Source: Lama glama
Lineage: Eukaryota
Direction of reading: 5' to 3'
Assembly (NCBI GenBank): GCA_028534125.1
Contig: CM052818.1
Location: 30,630,001-30,694,000, forward strand
Length of the DNA stretch: 64,000 nucleotides
The notes beneath the pieces are model-generated. The model did not search any database. It was not told the DNA's origin and saw only the letters and a list, made by a program, of their open reading frames with translations. The translations under genes and the position numbers were made by a program. Positions 40,780-54,075 of this stretch are shown piece after piece; the stretch's first letter is position 1; every line of letters starts with the position of its first letter.

Positions 40780-41020
40780 TGACAAGGTGTTAGGGATGTG
40801 ATGTGCTATGTATAATTGTTTGCATTTTCCTTGATTATGTAAACCGGTGGCTTTTGCCAAGAACTCTCCGTGCCCTGAAGCTCTAAGCTGTGTCCCTCCC
40901 ATTGGCTGACTTCATTTCATTTTGTGGGGAGGAGTGTTTTTCAGGTTGCAGAGCAGTGATAACTGGCAGTGTCTTTTGGGTGTAAGGTACCTGGAGTTCA
41001 GAGACCCCCAACCCCTGACA
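40780..41020 (+). promoter_or_regulatory. XDH: XDH proximal promoter / 5' UTR region (TSS cannot be determined from sequence)
   Basis: Unique sequence directly upstream of the ATG; TATAAT at 40811, TTATGTAA (D-box/C-EBP-like) at 40835-40842, inverted CCAAT (ATTGG) at 40901-40905; not a CpG island. Confidence 0.6.
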
Positions 41021-41062
41021 ATGACAGCAGATGAGTTGGTTTTCTTTGTGAATGGCAAAAAG
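41021..41062 (+). CDS. XDH: Xanthine dehydrogenase/oxidase exon 1, coding part (MTADELVFFVNGKK)
   Basis: acaATG start with A at -3; translation matches the mammalian XDH N-terminus; AAG|GTAAGC donor at 41063; phase 0. Confidence 0.97.
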
Positions 41063-43789
41063 GTAAGCAGAAACTGACCTCTCCTTTGGTCCCCCTGCTC
41101 CCTAGGAGGGGTATGTATCCTCTTGAAATGGCTCATTTTTGTTCTTTCTCTTTTGTGTTCTCTATCATTTGTTCACCTTCTCTCTTTCTTTCTCTTCCTT
41201 CAAAGCTGTTGCTGCATTTGGGGTAACGTTGGGGAAAGAAGACCTTCTCAGAACTAGAACGCTGTCAAGATACTCAAGGGGCAAAGGAGTGATGGGGAGG
41301 GAAATGAGCAGAAAGGTGTCTGTGAGCTCCACCCATGCTCCCTGCCGACTTTTTGCAGTAGTAGAGACACTGGCATGAAGAAGAGAAAGGTGGACGGGGT
41401 TCTAGTGATACTTGAAGGTCACCCACCACACCTCTATTTCTGTGTTTAATCAAATATACCCAAAGATTTTTGTTGCTCTCTTTACTGAAAAAATGAACAG
41501 GAACATGTTTTCTTGCTAATCTCAGGGTATAAGATGTACATAGGTTTGATTCTCATATTTCATCTCCAAAAATGTAACAGCTAACTTGTATGAGGACATA
41601 TACTGACATCTTGTGGCAAACTATAATTTTTGTTTCATAAGGGGCATGCTCCCCCCATCCTGACACTTAGTTATACATACAAATATTATGAATCTCTTTG
41701 ATAAAAATTGCCCACTTGGAGGGACCCAGAGGAGGTGGGGGTGAGGTGGGGCAGAGTGGGTCTTATGATATGGGTACCAGTTCTTGCAGCACTGGAAGGA
41801 TGAGAATCTTTGCAGATTTTAATGCAGATCCAAGGAGAGAGTGTGCAAGTACATCACATTGTCTCCACTGTCCACTTACCCTCCCCACACCAGTGCTGAG
41901 CTGCTTGCACCTACTTTAGCTCTCTGGTTGGGAAAGAAAGGGGCAGTAAAAGGGCAATCGTGGCTACACATTGTGAAAGGCCATGTGGACAGTGTGAGTA
42001 ATGGTTGTACCCAGTGGTCAAAGAGCAATTTTATTTGTTTTGCTATGTTGGCACTTTTGCGTTAAGAAACTGGACAACTTTGGAGGCAATTTTTAAGAAA
42101 TAAAATGTGCTTCATAGGACGTCTAGAGCTTAAATTGTTAGGGTGTGTTTGGGGGACTAGCAGGGGAATTCTATGAACCATCGCAACATCAGTGTGCCCA
42201 GGTCTGCTGGATTCAGTTTGAGTGGTAGCACTGGGTGGGACCGGGGAATGGGGTCTGCCATGCTCTTCCAGGTTCCGAGTTGTCCCTCTGTGCCAACTTC
42301 CTTTCAGGATTGGCCTCTGGCAGCAAACCAAGAGGTAGGGCAAAGCTTCCATGTTGGTGGTTGTAAGACTTTTGCAGCCAAGAATTCTGACAACTTTGTT
42401 ACATTCAGCAACTACACTGTAGAGATTTGCAAAAGTTGTTGAATTGGCTTTCTTGACACATTACTTACACAGAGGCATCTTCTTTGGCATCTTTCTAAGC
42501 AATTTTTACATTGGGTGAACAGCTGGATTCAATGACTTCCAAGGCAAAGTCTCACTCTAAGTTTTCATATTTATCAAGACATCAACTCATGTGTCACAGG
42601 ACAAGTTTCTGCTCCTTTTTAGGGATGGTTTGCTATGATGCACTCGATCTAGTAAGGAGCATTTCAACATAAATCTAGTTTGGTAAAAATTGTTTCCCCA
42701 TGTATTTTATCTTCACATTAGGAGAGCAGTTTAAAAATTGTCAATGGTATCATCACATCAAACCCGACTATCTCTTGAAGCTTCTGCTACTACCAGTTTC
42801 AGTGATGAATATCCATGCTTTTAATTTTATAAACATTTGGCCTCTTGAGAATCTGCTGGAAAGGTGGAGAGGCAATGAAGGAGTGATGAGGTGAAAGCAG
42901 TGTTATAAAAGCTAGACCAAGCAAAGGAATTCCCAGTCAAATCGAGGCAGCTGTAAATTTGTTCCCAATTCTGTCCCCAAAAGTTCTAGATCTTTTGTTA
43001 CCTGGTATTGGCAAGGACTTTACCAAAGGAGTTGTTGGAACCTGGTGACTCGCTCTTAAATACAAGCTTCCTACTCTCCCTGTTTCAGACCACTGCCCAG
43101 GACTGTCTTTACTCATTGTGGTCCTGGAGAGGGTGTGAGATGCAAATGATCAAATGCCTCGAGGGCCTTCTGTGGTGGTGGTGGGCCTTGCTGACTGTCA
43201 TTTCCACATCTTCTGATCTATAGTCAGAGTCAAAGGGAGAGAGCTGCCCAGGATTTTGGTTTCACTGTAGTGACCATCCTTTTGCAGGGCAGATTCTTGT
43301 TTTTCCAAGCAGTCACTCTCTGGTTAGTGGAGATGATGGCACCTGGAGGAATCTGGGAAGATTCAGCATGTAGGGAGCAACTGAAGGTGTCCAGGAGTGA
43401 CCCCCACAAGAAGCAGCAGTCAGCAAGTGAGTCAACACTCACTCGCCCGTCCACCCACGTCGTCAACATTTACAGGCTCCTCCTAGGCCTGGGCCTTGGG
43501 GACACATCTGCACTGGAGGAATAACACCTCTAAGACAGGCACTTACCACCTGGGAACTTGGGAACTAGTTGTAGAGGTGGATTATGATTAGATGAAGTAC
43601 CGTATTCCAAAATGTATTTCAGAGACAACCATCCCCATGAGATTTCCTTCTTAGATATTCTTAGACCACTTTGTACAGTGTGGGCACATAGTAGGTGCCC
43701 AATTAATGTGGACAGAATGAATGGGGGAATGTTAAAACCTTGAGAAATCCTCCACTGAAGGAATTTATTTTTTAAACTTTGTGTTTTAT

Positions 43790-44830
43790 TTTAAATTTAC
43801 AAAGCAGTTACAAGAAGAATACAAATAAATGTTAAAAAGCCTTTACCCACATTTAACACCTAACATTTTGTCACATTTTCTTTATCTCTTTCTCTCTGTA
43901 TGCGTTGATCTATAAGTACAAAATAATTTTATATATTTATTTAGTGCATATAATTAATCAGAATAAGTTCATAAACTATAAAATTTTCTTTCTGAATCAT
44001 TAAGGATAAATTTCAGACATTATGCTCCTTTAACCTTTAAACTAAAAATAAAGGCATTTTTACAGAACTGCAAACCATTTATAAAAATCAGGAAATCGAG
44101 TGTTAATATAACCCTAGTATCTAATGTATAGGCTTTATGCAAGATTATTCCAATTTCCCCAGTAAGGTCATTTATGACTTTCTTCCCACCAATCCAGGAT
44201 CCAGGATCATGCTTCATACTTAGCTGTCATGTCTCTTTAGTCTCCTTTCATCTGGAACAACTCCTTAGCTTTCCTTTGTCTTTTGTGACATTGATGTTTA
44301 TAATGAGGACAAGCCTTTTTTTTACAATGTCCCTCCTTTTGAATTGGTGTCACAGTTTCTTATAATTAGATTCAGAGTGTGCATTTTGGGCAGGATACCA
44401 GAGAAATGATATGTCTTTCTCAGTAGGTTATATCAGGAGGCACATGTTATAAACGTCCCCCTTTATTTGTGTTGTGAACTTTGATCACTTGGTTAAGGTG
44501 GTGTCCACCAGGTTTCTCCACTGGAAGATTACTCTTTTTCCCATTATAATTAATGAGTAATCTGTGAGAAGATACTTTGAGACTATGTACATACTTTTAT
44601 TACCAAGCTTTCACCCACTAGTTTTAGCTCCCATTGATGATTCCTGACTAGATCTATGATTGTGCTGATTACACAATGGCCAACCATGTGGACAAATTGG
44701 CATTTCTCTGTCAGGAAGAACTTTCCCTTCTCTCCTACTTATTTTCTTGTTTATTTATTAATGATCAGTTCAGACTCATGTGTTTTATTTCTATTTAATG
44801 GGCTGTAATCCATTATGGTTATTATGTTTT
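43790..44830 (-). mobile_element. L1MC/L1MD-type 3' fragment in XDH intron 1
   Basis: caatccaggatcca..agctgtcatgtctctttagtctcc..tttgatcacttggttaaggtggtgtccaccaggtttctccac. Confidence 0.75.
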
Positions 44831-46623
44831 GATGCTTGAGTTTTACCAGAGCAATCTGCTTAACCCCAAATTTCCTGAGCTCACTTCCCCACAGTGCTTT
44901 TCCTTTGGAATACCCATTTCCTTTGAGCATCCTGCTGGGAGAGGGTTCAGCAGAGTTTGCTGGGGCAAATGCTACAGACATGCCATGAGAGTTACGTGGA
45001 CATTCTCTGTAGGAATTCAAAGAAGGTCGGACCACTTGTGGCTGGGGTGGTATGGAAAGCCCTTACTAGGGAAGTGTTTGGGGTCTTCTGATAAGTCAAG
45101 ATGAAGGTGGAAGACGAATGGAGTGGCCAAAGGCTTAGGATCAGAAGGTAAACGTTATATTTTCACTGAAATACGAAGACCAGCTTGGTAAGGAAGTTGG
45201 AGGGGGAAAGGCTGAAAATGAAGATTGGGGACACGTTGAAGGGCCTTGAAAGAAAATCTAAAGAACTTGGGTGCTACCTTGAGTATGTGGGAGGTCACTG
45301 AAGGCACCGGGCAGGGAACTGATGTGATGTGATAAAGGACAGCAGCAGGACAGGAGGAAGGAACAACTTCAGGGGAAGGTAGTGTGCAAAAAGGCTCTTC
45401 CTGCCACCTGGGAGGAAAGTAATAAGGATCTTTATTTTGTGCATTTATAATGACTCTTTGTGTGAAATTTGTAATCAGGACTTTGAACAAGCTGGACATG
45501 TGAGGTGTAATCATAAAAGAAGATTAATTTTATCTTCCAAGGGGTAAATTCTGGTAGTTTCATGACCTCCTGGGTTACTCGTAGTCAATAAAAAAATTCT
45601 ATAGGCAATTATAAGTTTCCAAACACAGTCTGAATTTGGGACAGAGAGGAATGGGTAGTGAGAAAGTTCTTATTTAATGGATGCTGGTGTAAGATGGCTT
45701 CCCACCACTGGGATCCTTCCATTGCAAGTCTCACGACATAAGAGATGTGTTTTCCTCAGTCTGGCTGCTCTTCCTGAGCCCTCAGCCTTCACACAGACTC
45801 TGATGGAGGTCCCATCACCTCCTGTAGTCAGTCTTTTGGGAGTTATTTAGACACCTCAAGCAAGCTGTCTCTCTCATGCATGGCCTCTGCATGTCCATGA
45901 CTGACATTTTCACATCCTTTGCTCTTCCCAACTCTTATCACACCTTCTCTCCCCTTGACCACCCCAATCACCCAAACTCTTTTACCCTTGATGATGCACA
46001 AGGAGAAGCGAAACAGATTTTCATAGATTTCGTTTGATGATTTCCATCAGGAACTGGCCCTGCACCTTATAGACCACCTTTCCATCTTATTGAATATTCT
46101 GTTCGGGACTTTGGTTTGAGATTTTGCCTCCATTTCTAACCTGTGTTAATCTTGCTGAGTGTGATAACCCAACGCATACAACACTCCGCTATGAGTACAG
46201 GCCGACAGACTGCTGTCTACTGCCTGAGAGTGAACACACCAGGAGGCTCAGCCAGAGGTCTGCTTGCTGCAGTGCTCAGCTGTCCCCGGTGGTCACAGAT
46301 GTGATCTGGCAGCTGGAAATGAGAGGACATGCTCCATTTGAAAGGGACTTTGCCTTGGTCAGCCCAGCAGGGCAGGTGCAACACCTCTGGGTTCTGTGGT
46401 GGGCCTGGAGCTGAGCACTGATGCGAAATTTAGGATCACAGAGGGTGTCAGCATGTACACAGTTTGGCTTGCAGTTCCTGTGTTCATCTTACAGAATTAT
46501 CAAGAAAAATACCTTCATTTTCAGGATATGTTTAGCACGTCCCCATTAACTTGACAAATTCTTGGATGAGACAATGGCTGAATATACCTATGATATAGTT
46601 TTCACTTGTTTTTGTTTTTATAG

Positions 46624-46681
46624 GTGGTGGAGAAAAATGCAGATCCAGAAACAACCCTTTTGGCCTACCTGAGAAGAAAGT
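46624..46681 (+). CDS. XDH: XDH exon 2 (VVEKNADPETTLLAYLRRK+T)
   Basis: tttttatag acceptor; 58 nt; followed by the U12-type donor GTATCCTGA. Confidence 0.97.
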
Positions 46682-49477
46682 GTATCCTGACTTTGGAGTG
46701 GGGGTGAAGCCGAGGGGGCACTGGAGGGTCATTCTCTGGGCCTTATGCCATTTGCTAGTGACTGGTCTGGGGGCCGTGAAGTGCTGAGGAAAGAGCCCTG
46801 GGCCAGGGCCCTGGTCACTTGGTCACTTGCGTTTTCATTGCAACTCTGTCACTTGGCAGCTATGTGACTTGGGAAGTTATTTGGACTCTGAAATTCTCAG
46901 CTATCCAGTAAGAATATTGTTCTTGATACTCTTCAAGGTCTCTTGCATTTAAGACTCAGGTTTAGTCCTGGGCCTGTAGAACAAACGGCTCTGTAAGGCC
47001 CTCATCAGCCCTGGCCAGCTTCATGGTCATCCCTCCCCACAGGAGGAGTGGGCCCTGCCTCTGCAGACCTCTGTGAACACATACATGGACTTCCCAGGGA
47101 GCGTTTCCAACTCTGCCAAGTTGGAGGGGAAGTCCAGGGATGGGGTGTTTCTTGGGAAAGGGGTGCCTCAGGTGGGAACTGTGTAGAGGCTCCCTGCACT
47201 GTGGGAGTGGCGGGCACTGGGAAGCCTGGGCTGAGGGACTCCCAAGCGGGTTGGGGTACTGCTCTGCTCCCGGTGTTGGGGTGGAGCTTCTATAAGACCC
47301 CCATACCTTTGGTTTTTCCAAAGTAAGAAAGTATTCTGAGGCCCCAGAAAAAAAAAAAACAGCAAAGATAGGAGCTTTTGATGGCAACTGACCACATAGA
47401 GGTGAATTTCAACATGATGTGCGTAGGTTACCTCACTATCCCACAGCCATTCCCTTGGATGGAGGAGGAAGTGAGGCTGGACGTGTTACGAGACACTCCT
47501 CTCCCACGTGTATTCTGGGCACATGCTGGCAGACCTGGACTGAAGCCCAGAGCCACACTCTTAACTTCCCTCCCACACTGGCAACTCTCTGGGGGCCTGT
47601 TGTGGACCAATGCTCCTCTTGACCTCTGTCAGCAAGCCCTCATCTCTCCCAGAAGCGGAGTGTCTGGTGACTCCTTCTGGTGATGTATTTGGGAACAACA
47701 AACAACACCCACGGAGACAAGCCTGGACTCCATGACCTTCCCTCTGGTTCTTTCGCCTCCTGTCAGAGAGAGGCTGGCTGTCATGTACTTTGTCCTGGAT
47801 TTTTGACCTGGAGGGGGCAGGTCTGGAGGTTCACAGAACACAGACCTGATGGCGTTTTTGTAGAGGTGGAATTGCTCAGTGGGGTCAGGGGACTGCATGG
47901 AACTCCATTTCCAGCCCATCTACCTGGGCTGTCTGGGAAGAGAGGCTCATTCTCAGGGATTGTTAATATCTATTTCATTTTTCTAACAAAGTTTTGAAGG
48001 CTGGAAAGCCTCATAAATTCTTGACCGTAGTGGTTGGCTGGTTTGAGGGACAAATCTCAAATGAAATCCAAACCTGAAAGTTGGCGTATATCTCTGAAGG
48101 CCTCATGGCTCGTTGCTGCCCATGCTGAGGGTTCATCTGTGGGAGTTCTGGGCAAAAGAGAAGACCCTGGGCTCAACTTCTGCCCTGGCTTCCAGAAAGA
48201 TCCCCTGGCCAGCAGGCGACCTCCAGACTGCTCTGAGCACCTTCCATTTGTTCCAGTGTGCCCCTAGAGTGGTCTGAACTGCTGATCTTGTATGTCCTGA
48301 CTAGTGAAAAAAAAATCACTCAGGATCTAGTAGGCCCTCTTCAGCTGTGTTTTAAAAGAGGCGGCAGTGTGGTGAAGGTGGAGGCCCCATGTCTGGAGTC
48401 AGATGACTGTGTTTGGGCCCTAACACTCAGGGTAACAGGAGTGACTGTTACCTTGCAGGACTCATGCCACGTCTTGGGTCTTAGTTTTTTTTTTTTTTAA
48501 ATACATGGGGAAATGGTGGTTTATGCCCCACCTGCTAACCAGATTAGTGTGTCAGTGAAACCGGTCCAAGGATAAGTGCTTTCCAAGTATAAGATGCTCT
48601 GTCATTATTAGTATTCATTTTGTCTCTAAATCCATTCATCTTTATCTCTATTAATTTCATCAGCTCCCTCCATTTTCAGTAGGAAGCTGGATGGTCTGGA
48701 GGCCTGTGGACCTGAGGGAAAAGCAGCAGAGGAGCCCACGTGTCCCAGGGAAAGAGGCCGCTATAATTGTGGTTCTCCAGAATAATCTCTTTGTTAGTTA
48801 GGCACTTTTCAAATGCAAAGTATCAGAGTCTTTATTTCCCCAAGTCTATGTAAGAAAGGGCTCCAGTATTGATTCCTGACTTCAAATATATCTTCATTTT
48901 AATTCCATTCACGTATCATATGGGCTGGAGATTCAGAAAGCCCTAGTCCAGCCCTAATTTTGTTCCCTGGACCTCATCAACCCAAAAGGTTTTAGGGGGA
49001 AGGCTGGACTCAGCAAGTCCCAGAAGAGATCAAGAGCTCATTCTGGTCCGAATGGCTTCATTGCACGTGGGCTGGGGGACGTGAGGGCTGCCCCACACGC
49101 TCAGTCTCTGGGATGCCTGATTCACCTGCCCAGTGAAACCGCAGGGGTGGGGCTCTGTAAGACCATGCCTAGAAGACCCCAATCCCAAGGAGAGTCTCCA
49201 AGACTAAAGAGGAATAGAACTCCAGTCCCAGGAGATGAGACTTGGGTGCGGATGCCTTTTCTCTCTGTCCAGTGGGGCTGGCCCCATGTCCTGCATCCCC
49301 AGGGACAGAAACCTCTCTAAACGGAAGGGCACCTGGGTCTGCTGCCTCCTGGGTCGAGGAGCCTGAACCTGTGTGTGGACGGATGGCTCTGCACTCACAG
49401 GTAAGCCCATTCGTTTTTCAGCAGCCTAGCAAAGAGTCTTTCCTCTGTGTTCATGTTCCTTAACCTTGACCATCCAG
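46682..49477 (+). other. XDH: XDH intron 2, U12-type (minor spliceosome) GT-AG intron
   Basis: 5' splice site GTATCCTGA; branch site TTCCTTAAC at 49456-49464, close to the AG at 49476-49477. Confidence 0.93.
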
Positions 49478-49574
49478 TGGGGCTGAGAGGGACCAAGCTG
49501 GGCTGTGGAGAAGGGGGCTGTGGGGCTTGCACAGTGATGCTTTCCAAGTATGATCGTCTGCAGGACAAGATCAT
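49478..49574 (+). CDS. XDH: XDH exon 3 ([32 protein letters not shown]), carrying Fe/S ligands C43/C48/C51
   Basis: 97 nt; [10 protein letters not shown] [2Fe-2S] motif; U12 branch site upstream and U12 donor GTATCCTTT downstream. Confidence 0.98.
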
Positions 49575-50888
49575 GTATCCTTTGCCTGCAGGTGGATTGC
49601 CCTTGTGAGGACTAGGGTGCAGGGGGCCAGCTTTTGATTGAGTGTACATGTGTGTGTGTGCACGTGTGGATGAGCCCCTGCATTTCTGAGAAGGCTCTGA
49701 TCATGGACAAGCACATTATAGAATGACATCTTAGGAAGTATCTTCCTGACTTATAAATATAGACAAGACTCTGAACTGCTGATAAAATGACCTTTCTAAA
49801 ATGCAGACTCATTCCACATCCTGTGAAATCCTTCAGTTGGCCCCCCATTGCCCCCAAATTAAAGTCCAATCTTTTTGCTCAACACATGAGGCCCTGCAAT
49901 TTGCCTCCCCTTTCCAGTTTTCTTTCTCTTCATGGACCCTGCACTCCATTCATGCAGAAACATTGGTGAACTACTGATGCTTCATACCCACTCATTTCTT
50001 GCTCTTTGCATAAGCTGTTTCTTGTCTTGGATGTCTTTTCTTCCAGGATTTCTCTAGCTGGCTAACTCTTAATAGTTCTTTAGGACTGAGCAAAACATCC
50101 CCTCCTCCAGGAAGCCTTCTTTGACTTCCCAGATTGGGTTAGATACACCTTGTCTGTGCTGGCCCTGTAGTGCCCTATGCACAGCCCTCCTGAAGCAGTT
50201 ACTGTAAGATATTTAAACTGCATCTTCACACTGGCTTCTATTTTCTTGAATTGAAGGCAAGCTATTAAAGGACTGAGACGTCATCTTATTCACCTTTATT
50301 TCCTCAGCCCTTGGCAGGGTGCCTGGCTTATGGTTGGTATTCAGTAACTCATATTGGCTATATGTATGATTGAATGACTGATGAGTAAAGGGGTGGATGT
50401 GGGGAAGCTCTAAGGGGGTGGTGTTTCATGTCACCTCTGGATTTTCCTCTCCGCCTCCCTGCAGAGGAAGGGGTGAAATGGAGGTGGGTGAAAGCAGGGA
50501 AGCAAAAGTGACAGGAAATTCTGAAATTAAGGAGGCTAAGGAAGGGCCCAGCAGAGAGAGGAGCATGTGCTGGGCCTGGAAACTGCCAGAAGCTTCCTCT
50601 TTACTCAGTCTCCAGGGTGGGGCTAAGGAAGAGGCAGCTGAAATTGATACTGGCTCCAGTGTTCCAGCTCAAATGCCTAGGTGCACTGATGCCTGATCCC
50701 AGAGGACCCTTAAGGGGTTTGGGCCCTGAGCCTTGGGTGGAGAGGTGAGGACACCTGTGGAAAAGACAAGAACATGATGTAGAGTGAAGAGAAATGACAC
50801 GAAGCATCACAGATCTCCCAGACCCTGCACTCAGGTCCACTCTGATGACCTGAGAGGACAATGAAATGACCTTAATCTGGGGTTCCAG
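49575..50888 (+). other. XDH: XDH intron 3, U12-type GT-AG intron
   Basis: 5' splice site GTATCCTTT (full consensus); branch site ACCTTAAT at 50869-50876; no polypyrimidine tract before the AG at 50887-50888. Confidence 0.93.
49775..50385 (+). mobile_element. L2 fragment in XDH intron 3
   Basis: acatcccctcctccaggaagccttc...cagggtgcctggc...tgattgaatgactga. Confidence 0.65.
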
Positions 50889-50997
50889 CCACTTTTCTGC
50901 CAATGCCTGCCTCACTCCCATCTGCTCCTTACACCATATTGCCGTGACAACCGTGGAAGGAATAGGAAGCACCAAGACGAGGCTGCATCCTGTCCAG
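50889..50997 (+). CDS. XDH: XDH exon 4 ([36 protein letters not shown])
   Basis: 109 nt; ttccag acceptor; CAG|GTAACC donor; visible inside ORF 50866..51087. Confidence 0.98.
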
Positions 50998-52189
50998 GTA
51001 ACCGGAGGCTCTTACCAAGGCTGCAGACTTGTTCTGGGTTGTTGGGTTGAGTGTCACTGCCTGGGCAATGGAGGCATTCTGACCTGACCACCTCTCATCT
51101 CCTTGTGGGTGGGCATGGGGATGAGGGTGGCTGTGAGGGAGAAAGAGGAGGCACCTGAGCCCGAAGTCCCCTCCTGTGGCCTGGTGGATGTAACATTGCA
51201 TGGCCTCCAGGGAACCAAGAGATGAACTGGATCTGGTGGCTGGGAAGTCCAGCTGTGCTAGAGCTGGAGGGAGGAGGGGCAGGGGCACTTCCTCACCTTG
51301 TGCCCAAGTGGGCTTAGGAAACCCCTGCCTTCTCAGATGGACGATTCCAAAAGCTCTGTGCCCCTTGATAAAAGCCCACTGACTCACTGCTCTCTCCCAT
51401 GGTAATTCCATTGCCCCTGTTACCTCCCACCCACAGATCATACAAACGTGAGCTCAGCCAGGGCTGAGTCAGAGAAAAGAGACACCCGGGTGTCTAATCA
51501 AGGCTTTCTCTCTGATGGTTTCAAGCACCTAAGGAGGGATTGAAATTGGGAATGTTTCGGGGAAGAGTGGGCAGTAGTCTGAGGGGTTCATGGAGAGAGA
51601 AAGGATGCTCGGAGACAAGGTGGAATGGAGCCCACCTGGGAACGGAGCACTGTGGGAAGGAAAGGGCACTGTTCCCTGTGCTTCTTGTTTAGGGAAACCA
51701 AGGCAGGAGGTCACGAGAGATTACAGTCACAGAAGGTGCCTGAGCCAGGCCCTTTTCTTAATCTTCCCTTGACCATTTGAGGAGACATGCCATTCAGATC
51801 ATGCCTCCCTTGGGCCACTCACGTGCATCCTGGAGCCTGGGCCACGGTTGAAGTCAGCTAATTATACGTCTCTGAGGGAGCATCTTGGACCAGTTGCAGG
51901 GGGTCAGAGCAGGGTAGGGTGGGATTCCTTCATCTCTGTGACTTTGCTTCCTAGGCAGGAAAAGGGAAAATTACTAAAATTGTCCAACCTGCAGCAAGTA
52001 TGAGAGGATTAATGAGGACCTGTAATTATCTTTGAAACAAATAGATGAACGAATGAAACTTTTAAATGCTGAGATCATACTCGTATAATCAGGTGAAAAC
52101 CCTCCCTTTCCAATGGTGCAGATCCTTATTCCTGATGCACTTCTTTTGGATCCATATAAGCTGCAGGGCCAGACTACACTTGGCCTTGT

Positions 52190-53352
52190 CCATTTACGTT
52201 TTTCTCTTGGTTCCTGTGACACTACACTTCCCTTCCTTCCTCCCATCTCCACGCTTGCACCGTGTGCGGCGGCTCCTCTGCTCAGTCCCTAATCGCTGCA
52301 GCACCCCAGGGATCTGGCCTGGGCCCCTTCACTTCCCCATCTTCACACTCTCCCCGGGTGAGTTTAATACCATCCACATGTGAAGGCACCCATATTTCTT
52401 TCTTCAGCTTTGACCTCTCTTCAGAGGTCAGACTCCTATTTCCAGCTGCCTACTAGACATCACTAGATGGATGTCTAATCTCCAACTTAACAAAACCCTA
52501 TTCCCCCAACCTTCTTTCTTCCCAGTCTTCCTCCTTCTGAGTCAGTGGCAAAGGCATTCACCCGATTGCTCAAGACAAAATTATAGGAGTCATCTGTGTT
52601 GCTTTCTCTCAGATACCCCACCCAATCAATCCAAAAGTAGCATCTCCTCTTCCTCCAAAACCTCCAGTGAAACCTCCATGTTTTTCTCAGCTTCCCCTAT
52701 TACTGCTTGGTCACAGCCACCACCCCCTCTTGCCTGGGCCACTTCAGTGTCCTGGTCCTCTGTTTCTTCTCTTGCCCCCATAACCCATTCCCAACAGCTA
52801 GAGTGATTCTTTAAAAATGCAAATTAGATTACATCAAGTCCTGAAATTCCCCTAAAAGATTCCCATCTTCACACCCAGAGTAAAAATCCAGGCTCCTAAC
52901 CCTGGCCTATGACAGGCAGCACGGTCTGGCTGCCGCCCCTTTTCCCAACTGGCATCTCTCTCCCAGGGGCCCCACCCACCCTGGCTTCTCAGTGGCTTTA
53001 GCACACCAGACTCTTCCACTGTTGGTGCTCAGAGCCTTTGCACCTGCTCTTCCCTCTGTCTGGGATACACTCTTCCCTGTTCCAAATCACATTATTAACT
53101 TAGACTTTAAGGTCATATTTTCAGAGTGGCCATTTCTGACCACTCCAAGTAGCTACAAGTAACTCTGGGTCATGTCATCTTGTACTAATTCTCTACATAG
53201 CGCTGACCTCCACTTTAAATTTTTGTCAGTATCTCGCCTACTAGGATACGAGCTTCATGAGACCTGGGACCTTGTCTCCTTCACTCTCCAGCCCCAGTGT
53301 CTTCACCACAGCTGGCATGTAATAAGTTCTCAGTAAATATTTGTCAAATGAG
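52190..53352 (+). mobile_element. L2 fragment in XDH intron 4
   Basis: tccagctgcctactagacatc...gagtgattctttaaaaatgcaaattaga...ctcagtaaatatttgtcaaatga. Confidence 0.75.
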
Positions 53353-54075
53353 CAACTGTATATACCTGGCACTGGGAATACAACATTCTAGCAATTTTGC
53401 TTAACATAAGCACCAAGAGAGATTCCCAAGGGACTGAAGAATAGTATGGATGAGGAGACTCTCCTTGTAACCTTGCAGGGTTGAATGAGAATTCTGTGAC
53501 ATTCAATGAAAGCACAAATTCTACATGACACATTTCCCAGATCTTACGTCTTGATTGGACAATAAAGTAGCATTCTAATTTGAAATGAAATGCATTCATT
53601 TGGTCGATTTCATCTTGTGGGTAGTGCAGTGAAAGGAGCCTGGCGCAGCGCTCACCTTCACCTTGTGTGATCTTGCATAAACCTGTTAAGCCTCTAGGCC
53701 TGCTTCTGCCTCTGTCTAGTGAAGGGACTGGCCCTAGTAGTCGCTGTTCTTTGAGGAGACTTTCCTGTTAATAACTACTGTTGGTCGACTCCCTGCTCTG
53801 TGCCAGGCATGATGTTAAGAGTCTTATATGAATAATCTCATTGGAGCCTCAGCACAGCTCTAGACACAAATGCTGGGAGGATCCTACAGACAAAGCTTAG
53901 GGAGGCTTGGGAACCTGGTGGAGGGCGCAGTTGGTAAGTGGCAGCAGTAGGATTTGACTGTGCAGTGACTGCTACACTGCACTGCCTGTCAGCGGGACTG
54001 GCTTCAGCTGAGCCATGTAGGGAGCCTGCAAGGGGTTCTGCCAAAACAGATGTCTACATCGTCTGTCCCTTTTAG

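Noticed and set aside
50914..50916. Thr two residues after Fe/S ligand C73 (CLTP versus CLAP in human/bovine)
   Set aside because: I recall this position varying among mammals and AOX paralogues, so it is unlikely to be significant
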